The notes under the pieces were generated by a model. It did not search any database. It was not told the DNA's origin and saw only the letters and a program-made list of their open reading frames with translations. Positions 43,672-54,089 of a stretch of 64,000 bases of DNA are shown piece after piece. The translations under genes and the position numbers were made by a program. The stretch is taken from positions 576,001 to 640,000 of the forward strand of contig OZ219920.1 of assembly GCA_964291415.2 (NCBI GenBank), in the 5' to 3' direction. This DNA is from Alphaproteobacteria bacterium. Lineage in GTDB: Bacteria; Pseudomonadota; Alphaproteobacteria; SP197. Positions within the stretch are counted from its first letter, which is position 1; every line of letters begins with the position of its first letter.

Positions 43672-44809
43672 CTACAGGCCAGGAGGTTCGCGGTAACGGC
43701 CGAACCGCTTCAACACGGCCGTCACCTTGTCCCGGTCGAGTGCCGTTGCCGTGTGCCCGTCCACACCCACCATCTCCTCGCTGACCGCCAGGACATTCAT
43801 GATGGCCTCGTCGACCGCCTGGATGACGGCTTCGAAGAAGGGATCGAGCCATTGGTCGGGAATGATGGCGAGTTCGAGGTAAGGGGCGTCCTTCCCGAGG
43901 GCATCGGATCCTGCCGTCGTGAAGGCAAGGAAGATGTCCCCTGATCCATGGCCGGAAGTCGAACCGCCGCGGCCCACGCCCAGCGACACGCGCCGGGCGA
44001 GACGTTTCAGCTGGTGGGAGACCAACGGCGCATCGGTCGCCACCACGGCAATGATCGATCCTCTTTCCATTGCGTAGGGGTCAGGGCCCGGGAGGTGTTC
44101 GGCCATCGGGATGCCGGCGATCACGAGTTGTGACCTGAGGCCGAAGTTCGCCTGAACGAATGCTCCGACGGTGTAGGGCGTTCCTTCGTGGGTCACCCGG
44201 CGCGAGGCCGTTCCCGATCCGCCCTTCATCCCGTAGAGCATCATGCCGGTGCCGCCTCCGACACTGCCCTCCTCGAGGGGCCCCCCCTGCCGCGGAGTCG
44301 ATCGCCTCGAAGACGTGCTCCCGCTTGACGTGAAAGCCGTTGATGTCGTTCAGCCAGCCATCATAGGTCTCACCGGCGACAGGCAATCCCCAGTCGGCGC
44401 CTTCTCCGTAGGCATCGAAGCGGCGGTTCAGCCACTCGATTGTGGCATCGCGGGCGACACCACAGGAGTGAGTGTTGGTGATGGTGATCGGACCGTCGCT
44501 GTGCCCGACTTCGTCAATCCACCAGCTTCCCGTGAGCTCGCCATTGCCGTTGAGGCTGAACTGGCCGGTCCAGACCGGGAGACTGGCCCTGGCCTTGCCT
44601 CGCGGGATGATGGCCGTGACTCCCGTGCGCACAGGCCCGGAGCCGACGACAAGAGGGCCGCCTTCGCCGCGAATGAGTGTCGCGTACCCGACCTCGACGC
44701 CGCCGACGTCGGTGATGGCGTTGAACGGCCCCGGACAGCCTTCGAAGGGAATCCCCAGCGCCCGGGCTCGTGGCTTTCCGGAAGGCGTGGCGAGAAGGGG
44801 AGAGGTCAT
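43672..44809 (-). pseudogene. dmpA: DmpA/P1-family (S58) aminopeptidase with +1 frameshift in a G7 run
   Basis: NAITDVGGVEVG, NGNGELTG, AGETYDGWLND; resumes EEGSVGGGTGM, GSIIAVVATDAP, GSGDIFLAF; lesion at about 44281-44287. Confidence 0.88.
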
Positions 44810-44856
44810 GGACCCGATCCATTCATCGGTGCTGGCTCCTGCGGTGCGTTACCAGT

Positions 44857-46908
44857 TCAGGACCCATCGCGTATGGGTCGCGTGACATCGTCCAGCCAGG
44901 CGGCTGTCCCGGGATCGACCAGGGGCTTCAGGGTTTCGCGAACGTCCGCGTGATAGGCATCAAGCCAGTCGGCTTCCTCATCACTCAGGTCGTCGGCATT
45001 CACCAGGCGCCGGTCGATCGGCGCCCTGGTGAGTGTCGAGAAACGGAGCATGGGCCGCTCCCCCGGCTCATTGTCCTCTTCCACCACAACGAGGTTCTCG
45101 ATCCTGATACCCCAGGCGCCGGCACGGTAGTAGCCGGGTTCGTTGGAGAGGACCATGCCCGGTTCAAGAGCAGTGTGACCGCGCTTGGAAATGTTCTGCG
45201 GACCTTCGTGGACTCCAAGGTGGCTGCCGACACCATGACCCGTGCCGTGATCATAGTCGGCGCCGAGTTTCCAAAGCGGCGTGCGCGCCAGGGTGTCGAT
45301 GGCCGCTCCGGTCGTGCCTTTGGGAAAGCGCGCCGTGGCGATTGCGATGTGACCCTTGAGCACGGCCGTGAAGTGGCTCTGGTGTTCCTCGCGCGGTTCG
45401 CCGATTGCGATGGTGCGCGTGACATCGGTTGTGCCATCCGGATACTGGCCGCCTGAATCGACCAGGTAGAGAGAACCGGCCTCGAAGGTGCGGTTCGTGG
45501 CATCGCTGGACCGGTAGTGCACCACTGCGCCGTTGGGCCCAAATCCCGATATCGTGTCAAAGCTGTTTCCCCGATAGCCGTCCACGCGCCGCCGACACGT
45601 CTCCAACACCCTCTCGGCCGTCATCTCGTCAACCGTCTCGTTGCTTCCCGGACGGGTTGAGCGATCGAGCCAGCAAAGAAAGGTTGCGAGGGCCGCGCCG
45701 TCGCGAACATGGCAGTTGGCCATGCCGGAGACTTCGGTAGCGTTCTTGATGGCTCGGGGAAGGGCGCACGGATCCTGTTCGACCACGGCCGTGCCCCCGG
45801 CCGCCTCGATGCATTCGTGCAACCACGCGGCACCGGACTGGCGGTCGACAACGATGTTTGCACCGTTTGCAGCGAGTTGGGCCAGTCCATCTGCAAGCTC
45901 GTCTGGAGACTGCACGGCGACATTGTCCGGGAGCCAGGCGACGGCCTCCCGTGTGAACTTCCTGCGGTCGGCGAAGAGACTGACCGAACCATCCTTGCGG
46001 ATGATGGCGAAGCCGAGACATACCGGTGTTCCCGGGAGGTCGCCGCCACGGATGTTGAGCAGCCAGGCAATCGATGTCGGATCGGAGATCACCGCACCGT
46101 CACGGCCCTTCGCCGTGAGTGTTTCAGCGATCCTGTCGATCTTCGACGCGGCGGTTTCACCGGCGAATTCGAGAGGGTGGACCCGGACCGGAGACAGGGG
46201 GGGAGGGGGCTGATTGGTCCAGATCTGGTCCACCGGGTTGCTGGCGCAGGGCACCAGTACGCCGCCTGCCTTGTTCGCCGCATCCCGGAACATGTCGACT
46301 TCGACGCGGCCGTGCAACCACGGATCATAGCCAAGCCTGCCGCCTGCCAGATGAGCGGCAATCCAGTCCGACGGTGGTTCGTTCATCACATGCCGGAATT
46401 CGTAGTCGGCGCCGTTCACCTGAGTCCTGACCTGGAGCGTGTAGCGCCCGTCGACGAAGATGGCGGCCTTGTCGCTCAGCACTACGGCGATACCGGCCGA
46501 ACCGCTGAATCCCGTCAGCCATGCCAGCCGCTCGCTCCGCAGGGGAAGCATCTCGTCCTGATGTTCATCGGCATGCGGTACGACGACACCGTCCAACCCG
46601 GTCCGCCGCAGCTCGTCGCGCAGGGCCTTCAGGCGCCAGGCCGGCGCCGGAACCTCGAGGCCGCTGGAGGTTCTCTTCGCGAGATCCTGCTTCAGTGCCC
46701 GGAGTTGCTGTGCCAGATCATCGTCCGGTGATTCAGCCACCAGGCCCAGCCACAGGTCCGGGTCGACGTCCTCCGGAGCCGCGAGAACGCCGGCGATCAG
46801 GCTGCGGACCTCGGTGACGGTCTTGCCGGTGCGCTCACGCGCCAACATCCGGGCAAGGTAGCTGTCGCCCAGGTAGCGGGCTGGATCAACGGCATCGGAA
46901 CGGGTCAT
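44857..46908 (-). CDS. Aminopeptidase P (M24) with N-terminal extension
   Basis: DEHQDE, TGFSGSAG, DSGGQYPDGTTDVTRT, HGTGHGVG, SNEPGYY, GIRIEN. Confidence 0.93.
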   Translation of the reverse strand: MTRSDAVDPARYLGDSYLARMLARERTGKTVTEVRSLIAGVLAAPEDVDPDLWLGLVAESPDDDLAQQLRALKQDLAKRTSSGLEVPAPAWRLKALRDELRRTGLDGVVVPHADEHQDEMLPLRSERLAWLTGFSGSAGIAVVLSDKAAIFVDGRYTLQVRTQVNGADYEFRHVMNEPPSDWIAAHLAGGRLGYDPWLHGRVEVDMFRDAANKAGGVLVPCASNPVDQIWTNQPPPPLSPVRVHPLEFAGETAASKIDRIAETLTAKGRDGAVISDPTSIAWLLNIRGGDLPGTPVCLGFAIIRKDGSVSLFADRRKFTREAVAWLPDNVAVQSPDELADGLAQLAANGANIVVDRQSGAAWLHECIEAAGGTAVVEQDPCALPRAIKNATEVSGMANCHVRDGAALATFLCWLDRSTRPGSNETVDEMTAERVLETCRRRVDGYRGNSFDTISGFGPNGAVVHYRSSDATNRTFEAGSLYLVDSGGQYPDGTTDVTRTIAIGEPREEHQSHFTAVLKGHIAIATARFPKGTTGAAIDTLARTPLWKLGADYDHGTGHGVGSHLGVHEGPQNISKRGHTALEPGMVLSNEPGYYRAGAWGIRIENLVVVEEDNEPGERPMLRFSTLTRAPIDRRLVNADDLSDEEADWLDAYHADVRETLKPLVDPGTAAWLDDVTRPIRDGS

Positions 46909-46980
46909 GATGGTGCGGCTTCCAGTCTCCTGGTTGAGGATAGTGGGGACGCGGATGGACTGGCAACAGGGCCACGATGA

Positions 46981-47688
46981 ATGATGGACATGCTCCGGCT
47001 CACCTTGCGGCAAAGACTGACCTGGTCTGCGCACCTCTGGAAGGCTCTCGTGCGCCGGCATCACCTCGAGATGCTCCCCCAATTCCGGCCCTTCATTCCG
47101 ACGGACGGTGTCGTGCTCGATGTGGGAGCCCATGCCGGACAGTTCACGAAGCTCTTCGCCGCGATGGTTCCAGGGGGCCATGTGCATGCCTTCGAGCCCG
47201 GCTCCTACGCCCTCTCGATCCTGCGGACCGTGGTGTCGTTCAGGAGGTTGTCGAATGTCACCGTTCATGCCTGTGGTCTCGGCGACACGTCGCAGGCTGG
47301 TGTCCTCAACGTGCCCATCAAGGAATCCGGCAGCGTCGGTTTCGGGCTGAGCTTCGTCGGCGACTCTCAGGCGCGGGAGCGGCGGGCATTGACCGAACAC
47401 ATCGCCATCAAACGGCTCGATGAGGTCGTGATGGAGTGCGGCATGACACGTGTCGACTTCATCAAGGTGGATATCGAGGGCTCCGAAATGCGCATGCTGG
47501 CAGGCGCCAGGGAGACGCTTTCAAGATTCTCCCCGGCACTCTACATCGAGCTGGTGAACGGGCACCTTGCCCGGCGTGGCGACAGCATAGAGAAGCTGAC
47601 GGGCTACCTTGGTGGTCTGGGCTACAGACCGGTCGGAGGGCCCTGCACCCAGGAAGGCAATCAGCTGTTCACAAGGTCCAGTTCGTGA
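46981..47688 (+). CDS. FkbM family methyltransferase
   Basis: LDVGAHAG, HAFEP, FIKVDIEGSE. Confidence 0.9.
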   Translation: MMDMLRLTLRQRLTWSAHLWKALVRRHHLEMLPQFRPFIPTDGVVLDVGAHAGQFTKLFAAMVPGGHVHAFEPGSYALSILRTVVSFRRLSNVTVHACGLGDTSQAGVLNVPIKESGSVGFGLSFVGDSQARERRALTEHIAIKRLDEVVMECGMTRVDFIKVDIEGSEMRMLAGARETLSRFSPALYIELVNGHLARRGDSIEKLTGYLGGLGYRPVGGPCTQEGNQLFTRSSS

Positions 47689-47722
47689 GCCGTTCCATGA
47701 CAAGAGATCCGAAGGCCAGTTG

Positions 47723-49906
47723 ATGAACGAACGGGGTCAGGACAGGCAAGAAGAAGTGATTGCCGGCGTTGTCGAGCACATCTTCTTTCACAGCGAGGAC
47801 AGCGGCTTTTGCGTGATCCGGTCCAAGATCAGGGGCCTGCGTCATCCTGTCACCGTCGTTGGTCGTGCCGCCTCTGTGGCGCCCGGTGAATGGCTGACCG
47901 CAAGCGGTTCCTGGGAGAACGACCGCAATTATGGTCGGCAGTTCCGTGCCCGCTTCATGAGACTGTCCGCCCCGACCACGGCTGATGGCATCGAGAAGTA
48001 CTTTGCATCCGGGACGGTGAGGGGGATTGGCCAGGTCTATGCCCGAAAGCTGGTTCGCGCCTTTGGCGATCGATTGTTCGACATCATCGAGACAGAACCG
48101 GAGCGGCTTGAGGACATCCCGGGCATTGGACCAAAGCGTGTCGAGCGGATCGTCGAGGCGTGGGCAGAACAAAAGGCGGTTCGCGAAATCATGGTTTTCC
48201 TTCACAGCCATGGCGTCGGCGCCACGAGGGCGTTCCGCATCTACAAGACCTACGGGAACGATGCCCTGCAGATCATGTCGGAAAACCCCTACCGGCTAGC
48301 CCGCGACATCCGAGGCATCGGTTTCACGACGGCCGATGCGATTGCCATGAAACTCGGCATCCCTCCGGACGCCATGGTGCGCCTTCGCGCCGGCGTGAAC
48401 CACGCGCTTTCCGAGGCCGCGAGCGAAGGGCACTGCGGTCTTCCTGTCGAGGAACTCGTGTCGGTCACGGTGGAACTCCTCGCGTGTCCTGAACCGCTGG
48501 TGCGCGAGGCACTCGACCTTGAGATCACTGAAGGCAGGGTTGTTCCGGATCGGATCGGCGAAAACGACTGTGTTTTCCCGGCCGGTCTCCACTACGCCGA
48601 GACAGGAATTGCTCGGATGCTGGTCGACCTCCTTGAGCGCCCGTCGCCCTGGCCGGCAATCGATGCCGGCAAGGCGATTCCCTGGGTCGAGGGGCGTACC
48701 GGCATTGAACTGGCGGCAAGCCAGAAGGAGGCAGTGAGAGACGCCCTGGCGGCCAAGGTCATGGTCATCACCGGAGGTCCGGGTGTCGGCAAGACGACCA
48801 TAGTCAACGCCATCCTCGCCATTCTTGCCGTCAGAAAGGTGAAGGTTCTGCTTGCCGCTCCGACCGGGCGGGCGGCGAAACGGATGAGCGAGACAACGGG
48901 CATGGAGGCGAAGACCATTCATCGCCTTCTCGAGATCGACCCCCGCAACGGCCGATTCCGGCGCAATGCGGATGACCCCCTGGAGTGCACCCTTCTCGTC
49001 GTGGACGAGATGTCCATGGTCGATGTGCCCTTGATGCATGCCCTCCTTGCAGCCTTGCCGAAGGAGGCTGCGTTTCTGGCCGTCGGGGACGTCGACCAGC
49101 TGCCGTCCGTGGGTCCCGGCAAGGTCCTTGGTGACATGATCGACAGCGGACGTATCCCGGTGACCCGCCTCCACGAAGTGTTTCGCCAGGCAGGGCAGAG
49201 CCGCATCGTCATGAATGCCCACAGGGTCAACGACGGGATCATGCCCGATCTTGACGCCCCGGACAGCGCCAGCGACTTCTACTTCGTGCCCGCCGAGAAC
49301 CCTGCCATCGCGGTCGATCGCCTCGTGAAGGTTGTCTGCAACCGCGTACCCAAACGGTTCGGTGCGGATCCGGTACGAGACGTCCAGGTCCTGTGTCCCA
49401 TGAACCGCGGAGCCGTTGGCGCCGTTTCGCTCAACACCGAACTGCAGCGCGCCCTCAATCCGGCAAGAACTGACGTCATCGAGAAGTTCGACCGATCCTT
49501 TGCGCCCGGCGACAAGGTGATGCAAGTCGAGAACGACTATGACAGGGAGGTCTACAACGGCGACATCGGCCATGTCGATCAGGTGTCCCAGGAAGAGGGA
49601 ACAGTCACCGTGGCCTTCGATGGCCGCCTGGTGACCTACCATTCCGCCGATCTCGACTCCCTGGTTCCAGCCTACGCCGTCACCATTCACAAAAGTCAGG
49701 GATCCGAATACCCCGTCGTCGTCATCCCCATCCTCACCCAGCACTACGCCATGTTGCGCCGCAATCTCCTCTACACCGGCATCACCCGCGGCCGCCAGTT
49801 GGTCGTCCTCGTCGGCCAGCACAAGGCCATCGCCATCGCCGTCCGTGATTCCGCGGGCAGCCATCGCTGGACACGCCTTGCTGGCATCATGATCAACAGC
49901 GTATAG
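47723..49906 (+). CDS. recD2: RecD2-like ATP-dependent DNA helicase
   Basis: HhH repeats, TGGPGVGKTT, APTGRAA, VDEMSMVD, GDVDQLPSVG, TIHKSQGSEY. Confidence 0.93.
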   Translation: MNERGQDRQEEVIAGVVEHIFFHSEDSGFCVIRSKIRGLRHPVTVVGRAASVAPGEWLTASGSWENDRNYGRQFRARFMRLSAPTTADGIEKYFASGTVRGIGQVYARKLVRAFGDRLFDIIETEPERLEDIPGIGPKRVERIVEAWAEQKAVREIMVFLHSHGVGATRAFRIYKTYGNDALQIMSENPYRLARDIRGIGFTTADAIAMKLGIPPDAMVRLRAGVNHALSEAASEGHCGLPVEELVSVTVELLACPEPLVREALDLEITEGRVVPDRIGENDCVFPAGLHYAETGIARMLVDLLERPSPWPAIDAGKAIPWVEGRTGIELAASQKEAVRDALAAKVMVITGGPGVGKTTIVNAILAILAVRKVKVLLAAPTGRAAKRMSETTGMEAKTIHRLLEIDPRNGRFRRNADDPLECTLLVVDEMSMVDVPLMHALLAALPKEAAFLAVGDVDQLPSVGPGKVLGDMIDSGRIPVTRLHEVFRQAGQSRIVMNAHRVNDGIMPDLDAPDSASDFYFVPAENPAIAVDRLVKVVCNRVPKRFGADPVRDVQVLCPMNRGAVGAVSLNTELQRALNPARTDVIEKFDRSFAPGDKVMQVENDYDREVYNGDIGHVDQVSQEEGTVTVAFDGRLVTYHSADLDSLVPAYAVTIHKSQGSEYPVVVIPILTQHYAMLRRNLLYTGITRGRQLVVLVGQHKAIAIAVRDSAGSHRWTRLAGIMINSV

Positions 49907-49953
49907 TCCCTTCCACATGAAAGTAAGCGTGTCTGAGTTAGAACCGCCTATAG

Positions 49954-50760
49954 ATGAAGCCCTCAAGTCATGGCTGCTCAAGAGACTCATCCGATCATGA
50001 CTCATGGGGTGAGTCACATTCAGGATTGTTCATTGCAAGCGTCGTTCATCCAGCAGAGGACTATGCAACATTGAAGCGCTTGCTTAGCAGGCTGATACGT
50101 CCCTTCGGTCTACGCGTCGTAGAAGCTTACCATACACAACCGGTGTACTTTCACGACTATCCCGGAGGCTACAAGCAGTATCGAGAAGTGCAAATCCGGC
50201 ACAACAGGCGTAAACTCGACCACGTATGGGCCGATGAATACACGCTGAAGGCGATCGAGAACAATCTCCGCACTCATGGCCTCGGACGCACCGGCATCTG
50301 TCACGGCGCACGCAATGGCTTCGAAGTCATGTGGTTCCGGGAACATCTGTCGGGAGACATAGTCGGCACTGATATGGCCGAGACTGCGTCCCAATTTCCT
50401 CACATGCATGTTTGGGATTTTCATGACGACAATCCCGAATGGATGAGAAAGTTTGACTTTGTTTACAGCAACTCACTCGATCAGGCCTTGAACCCGGCTC
50501 GCGCCCTGGATGCATGGGCCAGACAACTCACTCCGAGGGGACGCATGTACATTGAGCACACGATGGCTCATTCGGTGGAAGGTGCCGGCGAAATGGACCC
50601 TTTTGGAGCTCACCCGATGGTGATGCCCTATTTGTTTTTTGTCTGGGCCCGCGAGGGAGAACGATATCATCTGGATGCGATCTTGGAGATAGATGCCAAG
50701 CAGAACAACGGCATGCAGGTGTGGGTCTTCGTACTGGTTCTGGACTCGCAACCGGTGTAG
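49954..50760 (+). CDS. Hypothetical SAM-methyltransferase-like protein
   Basis: CHGARNGFE, FDFVYSNSLDQ; true start probably downstream. Confidence 0.65.
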   Translation: MKPSSHGCSRDSSDHDSWGESHSGLFIASVVHPAEDYATLKRLLSRLIRPFGLRVVEAYHTQPVYFHDYPGGYKQYREVQIRHNRRKLDHVWADEYTLKAIENNLRTHGLGRTGICHGARNGFEVMWFREHLSGDIVGTDMAETASQFPHMHVWDFHDDNPEWMRKFDFVYSNSLDQALNPARALDAWARQLTPRGRMYIEHTMAHSVEGAGEMDPFGAHPMVMPYLFFVWAREGERYHLDAILEIDAKQNNGMQVWVFVLVLDSQPV

Positions 50761-50781
50761 AGAGCGATCTGGATCGGCGAA

Positions 50782-51510
50782 TTGCATGTTGCATATGTAA
50801 CTGATTCAGCCACAAGCAAGAGTTGTCATGTGATGCAGCGACTCAAGTATCGCCTCCTGCAGCACCTTCCCGGACGACATGGGTGCCGCTACTCCCGCAA
50901 GTACAAGTCCGTTCTGGCACTTGACGAGTTTGAAGCTGCCGTTGCCCGGTCTGCTGGGAAAACATGCATTGATCTTGGCGCCAATGTCGGTCACTACACG
51001 CGGAAGATGGCGATGGTGGCAAGGGAGGTAATCGCTTTCGAGCCTGATCCGTGGGCAGTTGAGCAACTTCGATACAATCTCGGTGCGTTTCCCAACGTTC
51101 GAGTCGAGGAAGCAGCGGTAAGCACTCGAAGTGGGGTAGGCGTACTTTGGCGCCGCGCCCAGTTTTCTGATGATCCGCGTGGACATTCAGCTTCTAGTTC
51201 GCTAGTGAAGAGAAAAATCCAACCGATCAGCCCCAATCAATCAGTGGTGGTTACTTTGGTAAATTTCGTCGAGTATCTCGATGGCCTGAATCCGAATTCG
51301 GATATCGGTGTGGTGAAGATGGACATTGAAGGAGAGGAGCTTGATATCCTGGATGCGTTGCTGTGCAGGCATGACCTTCTCACTCGAATGGACTCCATCT
51401 TTGTCGAGACACACGAACGACAAATCCCGGACCAGAAAGATCGTGTGTTGGAGTTGAAGACAAGAGTTACGAATGTATCTCGCCCACGGATTAATCTTGA
51501 TTGGCATTGA
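50782..51510 (+). CDS. FkbM family methyltransferase
   Basis: IDLGANVG, AFEPDP, VKMDIEGEE, FVETH; start uncertain. Confidence 0.88.
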   Translation: MHVAYVTDSATSKSCHVMQRLKYRLLQHLPGRHGCRYSRKYKSVLALDEFEAAVARSAGKTCIDLGANVGHYTRKMAMVAREVIAFEPDPWAVEQLRYNLGAFPNVRVEEAAVSTRSGVGVLWRRAQFSDDPRGHSASSSLVKRKIQPISPNQSVVVTLVNFVEYLDGLNPNSDIGVVKMDIEGEELDILDALLCRHDLLTRMDSIFVETHERQIPDQKDRVLELKTRVTNVSRPRINLDWH

Positions 51511-51892
51511 TGAGTTATGACTGCTACGAAGCAACTGTGTACACAGGGGATTGCTATCTCGCAGCTGCGCAGTATCGAGCGTGGGACGTTGTCCCAGACC
51601 GGCTTGACGGTGGAACGCTGGCGGGCAGGTCGTGCATGGGACGCTTGTGATTTAGCTTCACTTCAGAGTTGCGGACGGAATGTGGTCCGGCACAAGAGTG
51701 GGGATGGCATGTCCATGACTGGGAGGAGGAAACCCTTGCTGTCTGGAAGCTTCCTGATCTTGGACTGTTCAAGGGATTTCTTTTGATCTTAAAACATGGA
51801 ACATCGAGAAGGCGAAGTTCCACAAATCTTGCGAGTGGGTTCTTGTCTTGGATACTTTGGTGCCGCCACAGCCGCAGTAGCTGGAACTAGCA

Positions 51893-53167
51893 ATGTCAGT
51901 TAAGTCGAGTCGACGCACCTTTGTTCCGACAGGCAGACAGTTTCGTTTCGAGTTGATGCGGCGACTCGAACCGGTGATGCCGAGTTTGTGCTTGTCAATT
52001 GGCTCTGTTACGCGGGAGGCGGACTTCAGTGCACTGGCCAAGTGGGGTCCTCTGACTGTTGTGGAAACACCGGAGGCGCCCCTGCCGGCCGAATGGATGC
52101 GGAAGTTCAGCGCCGAGTTTGAATTGGAACATCGGCGCGAGGGACACGTGTCGGCAACTTCTGAGCTCGAGTTGCAATTGGCAATGTTCGGGGACGTGTG
52201 GGTCTTCGGGCACACCGGGCAGATTGTGGATGCAGGAATGGGGCGGTCGATTACACCGGTTCACCGTGGTTCCACAATGCCGGGACTGTTGCGTGCTCGG
52301 CGGCTCGATGGAGTGGCGTTCAGTCTGTTTACCGGAGTGCCGGGAAAGAGGAGGAACTACTATCATTTCCTGATGGAGAGTATCCCCGAGAAGTTGGAGG
52401 CGCTTCGCTTGGCTGTAGAGGCTTTCGGTCACCTCACTCTGCTTCTGCCCACGTCCGACCATCCGCTCGATGTGGCACTGGTTTCAGAGGCACGGAGACT
52501 GTTCCCCGGGCTCCCAGTTCAACAGCTTCGAAAGTCCGAGAGACTTCGGTGCGAGTCCGTTGTGTTCCATCGCGTGCGACGATCGAGCATATTCCGGTCG
52601 CCGGCAAGCGGACGATTGCTTTCCCTTGCGGTGGAGGCGATGCGACATTCGTTCCAAACTCGGCCGAGAACAAAGGGGTCGATGGGCAATCTTGCGAGAC
52701 GACGGCTCTTCGTTTCTCGCGCCGATGCCAACAAGAGACGTTTGTTGAACGAAGACGATGCGCTTAGGCGCATTGAGCATCTCGGGTTCCAGCACGTGAT
52801 GCCGGGACGCCTTCCGGTTGAGGACCAGATTGCACTGTTCTCCGAAGCGCAGATTATCGCCGGACCGCATGGGGCGGGTCTGACCAATCTGATCTTCATG
52901 CCGAAGGGTGGAGCAGTGGTTGAGAACTTTCATCCAGGCTGGGTACAAGGCGCCTTTGCGTGGCTCTCGCACCTCACTGGACAGACTTACGGTCATGTTG
53001 TGGCGGACAAACTTGCGACAGATCTGGACTACCAGCTGTCGGGTGTGGGGCTCGATGCCTTTGAGCGAGAGGTCGAAGCGGCGCTTGAGAGAGTCACTGC
53101 GACCAAGGAATGGGCTTCTGTGCCTGACGGGGAACGCAGCTCCCTGCGGGCGAAAGAATCTCCATGA
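51893..53167 (+). CDS. Glycosyltransferase family 61
   Basis: NYYHFLME, FVSR, RRLLNED, GPHGAGLTN. Confidence 0.88.
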   Translation: MSVKSSRRTFVPTGRQFRFELMRRLEPVMPSLCLSIGSVTREADFSALAKWGPLTVVETPEAPLPAEWMRKFSAEFELEHRREGHVSATSELELQLAMFGDVWVFGHTGQIVDAGMGRSITPVHRGSTMPGLLRARRLDGVAFSLFTGVPGKRRNYYHFLMESIPEKLEALRLAVEAFGHLTLLLPTSDHPLDVALVSEARRLFPGLPVQQLRKSERLRCESVVFHRVRRSSIFRSPASGRLLSLAVEAMRHSFQTRPRTKGSMGNLARRRLFVSRADANKRRLLNEDDALRRIEHLGFQHVMPGRLPVEDQIALFSEAQIIAGPHGAGLTNLIFMPKGGAVVENFHPGWVQGAFAWLSHLTGQTYGHVVADKLATDLDYQLSGVGLDAFEREVEAALERVTATKEWASVPDGERSSLRAKESP

Positions 53168-53979
53168 CCCGGCAATTCAAGGAACCGCCACTCCTCATTG
53201 AGTGGATCTATGCCGTCATGAACCAGACATACAGATGCGGTTATGTCGGTCGCAGGGTGTTCGGTCGCTTGCGTTGGATTGAACAGAAACTCCTGTTTGG
53301 CGAGCGCCGTTTCCTTGATGTGAGGAGGTACGGCATGCGATGGAGGGTTAGCCGATTCGGCAATGTCTCTGAATCGCGCATACTGCGCAGGCCAAGTTCT
53401 TTCGAAAAGGAGGAGGTTGACTTCGTTCTGGCGTTGGCGGTCGACAATTTTGTATTTGTTGATGTCGGTGCGAACTGCGGTTTCTGGTGCTTGAGGGTTG
53501 CGGAGAAGCTCGCCGGTGGCGGCACGGTCATCGCCATTGAACCACAGCCAGTCCTGTTGGAGCGGCTTTGTTACAATGCGATGATCAATGACGTTGAACT
53601 GGATGGCGTTCATGGATGTGTGATCGGAGATCGAGCCGGCCGCGCATTGTTGGAGGTGGACGATCACAACCTGGGAAGGAGTCGCGTCTCGGAGTCCGGC
53701 ACAAAGGACGTGGAAATGAGGACCTTGTTGGAGATCATTCAGGGACATGGACTGAGATGCATCGATGCTATCAAGGTGGATGTGGAGGGCTACGAGGATC
53801 GTGTCCTGAAGCCATTTCTTGACAGTGCTCCTGTGCACTTGTTGCCAAGAGTGATCGTGGCAGAGTGCTCATGGTCGGAAAACTGGAACTGCGATTGGAT
53901 GGCGATAGCCCGCCGAATGGGGTACAGGGAACTGAAGCGGACACGGAATCACAATGTCATATTGATGCGAGAGATGTGA
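53164..53979 (+). CDS. FkbM family methyltransferase
   Basis: VDVGANCG, AIEPQP, IKVDVEGYE. Confidence 0.9.
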   Translation: MTRQFKEPPLLIEWIYAVMNQTYRCGYVGRRVFGRLRWIEQKLLFGERRFLDVRRYGMRWRVSRFGNVSESRILRRPSSFEKEEVDFVLALAVDNFVFVDVGANCGFWCLRVAEKLAGGGTVIAIEPQPVLLERLCYNAMINDVELDGVHGCVIGDRAGRALLEVDDHNLGRSRVSESGTKDVEMRTLLEIIQGHGLRCIDAIKVDVEGYEDRVLKPFLDSAPVHLLPRVIVAECSWSENWNCDWMAIARRMGYRELKRTRNHNVILMREM

Positions 53980-54089
53980 CAGCGGTGGTGCCAGTAAACT
54001 TGAATATCACGATTGCGTAGACACAGTGGTGAGTGGATCAGTCAAGTGTCGAAGCCTCTCCTTAGCCTTCTCGAAGTGTAACCGGTCTT

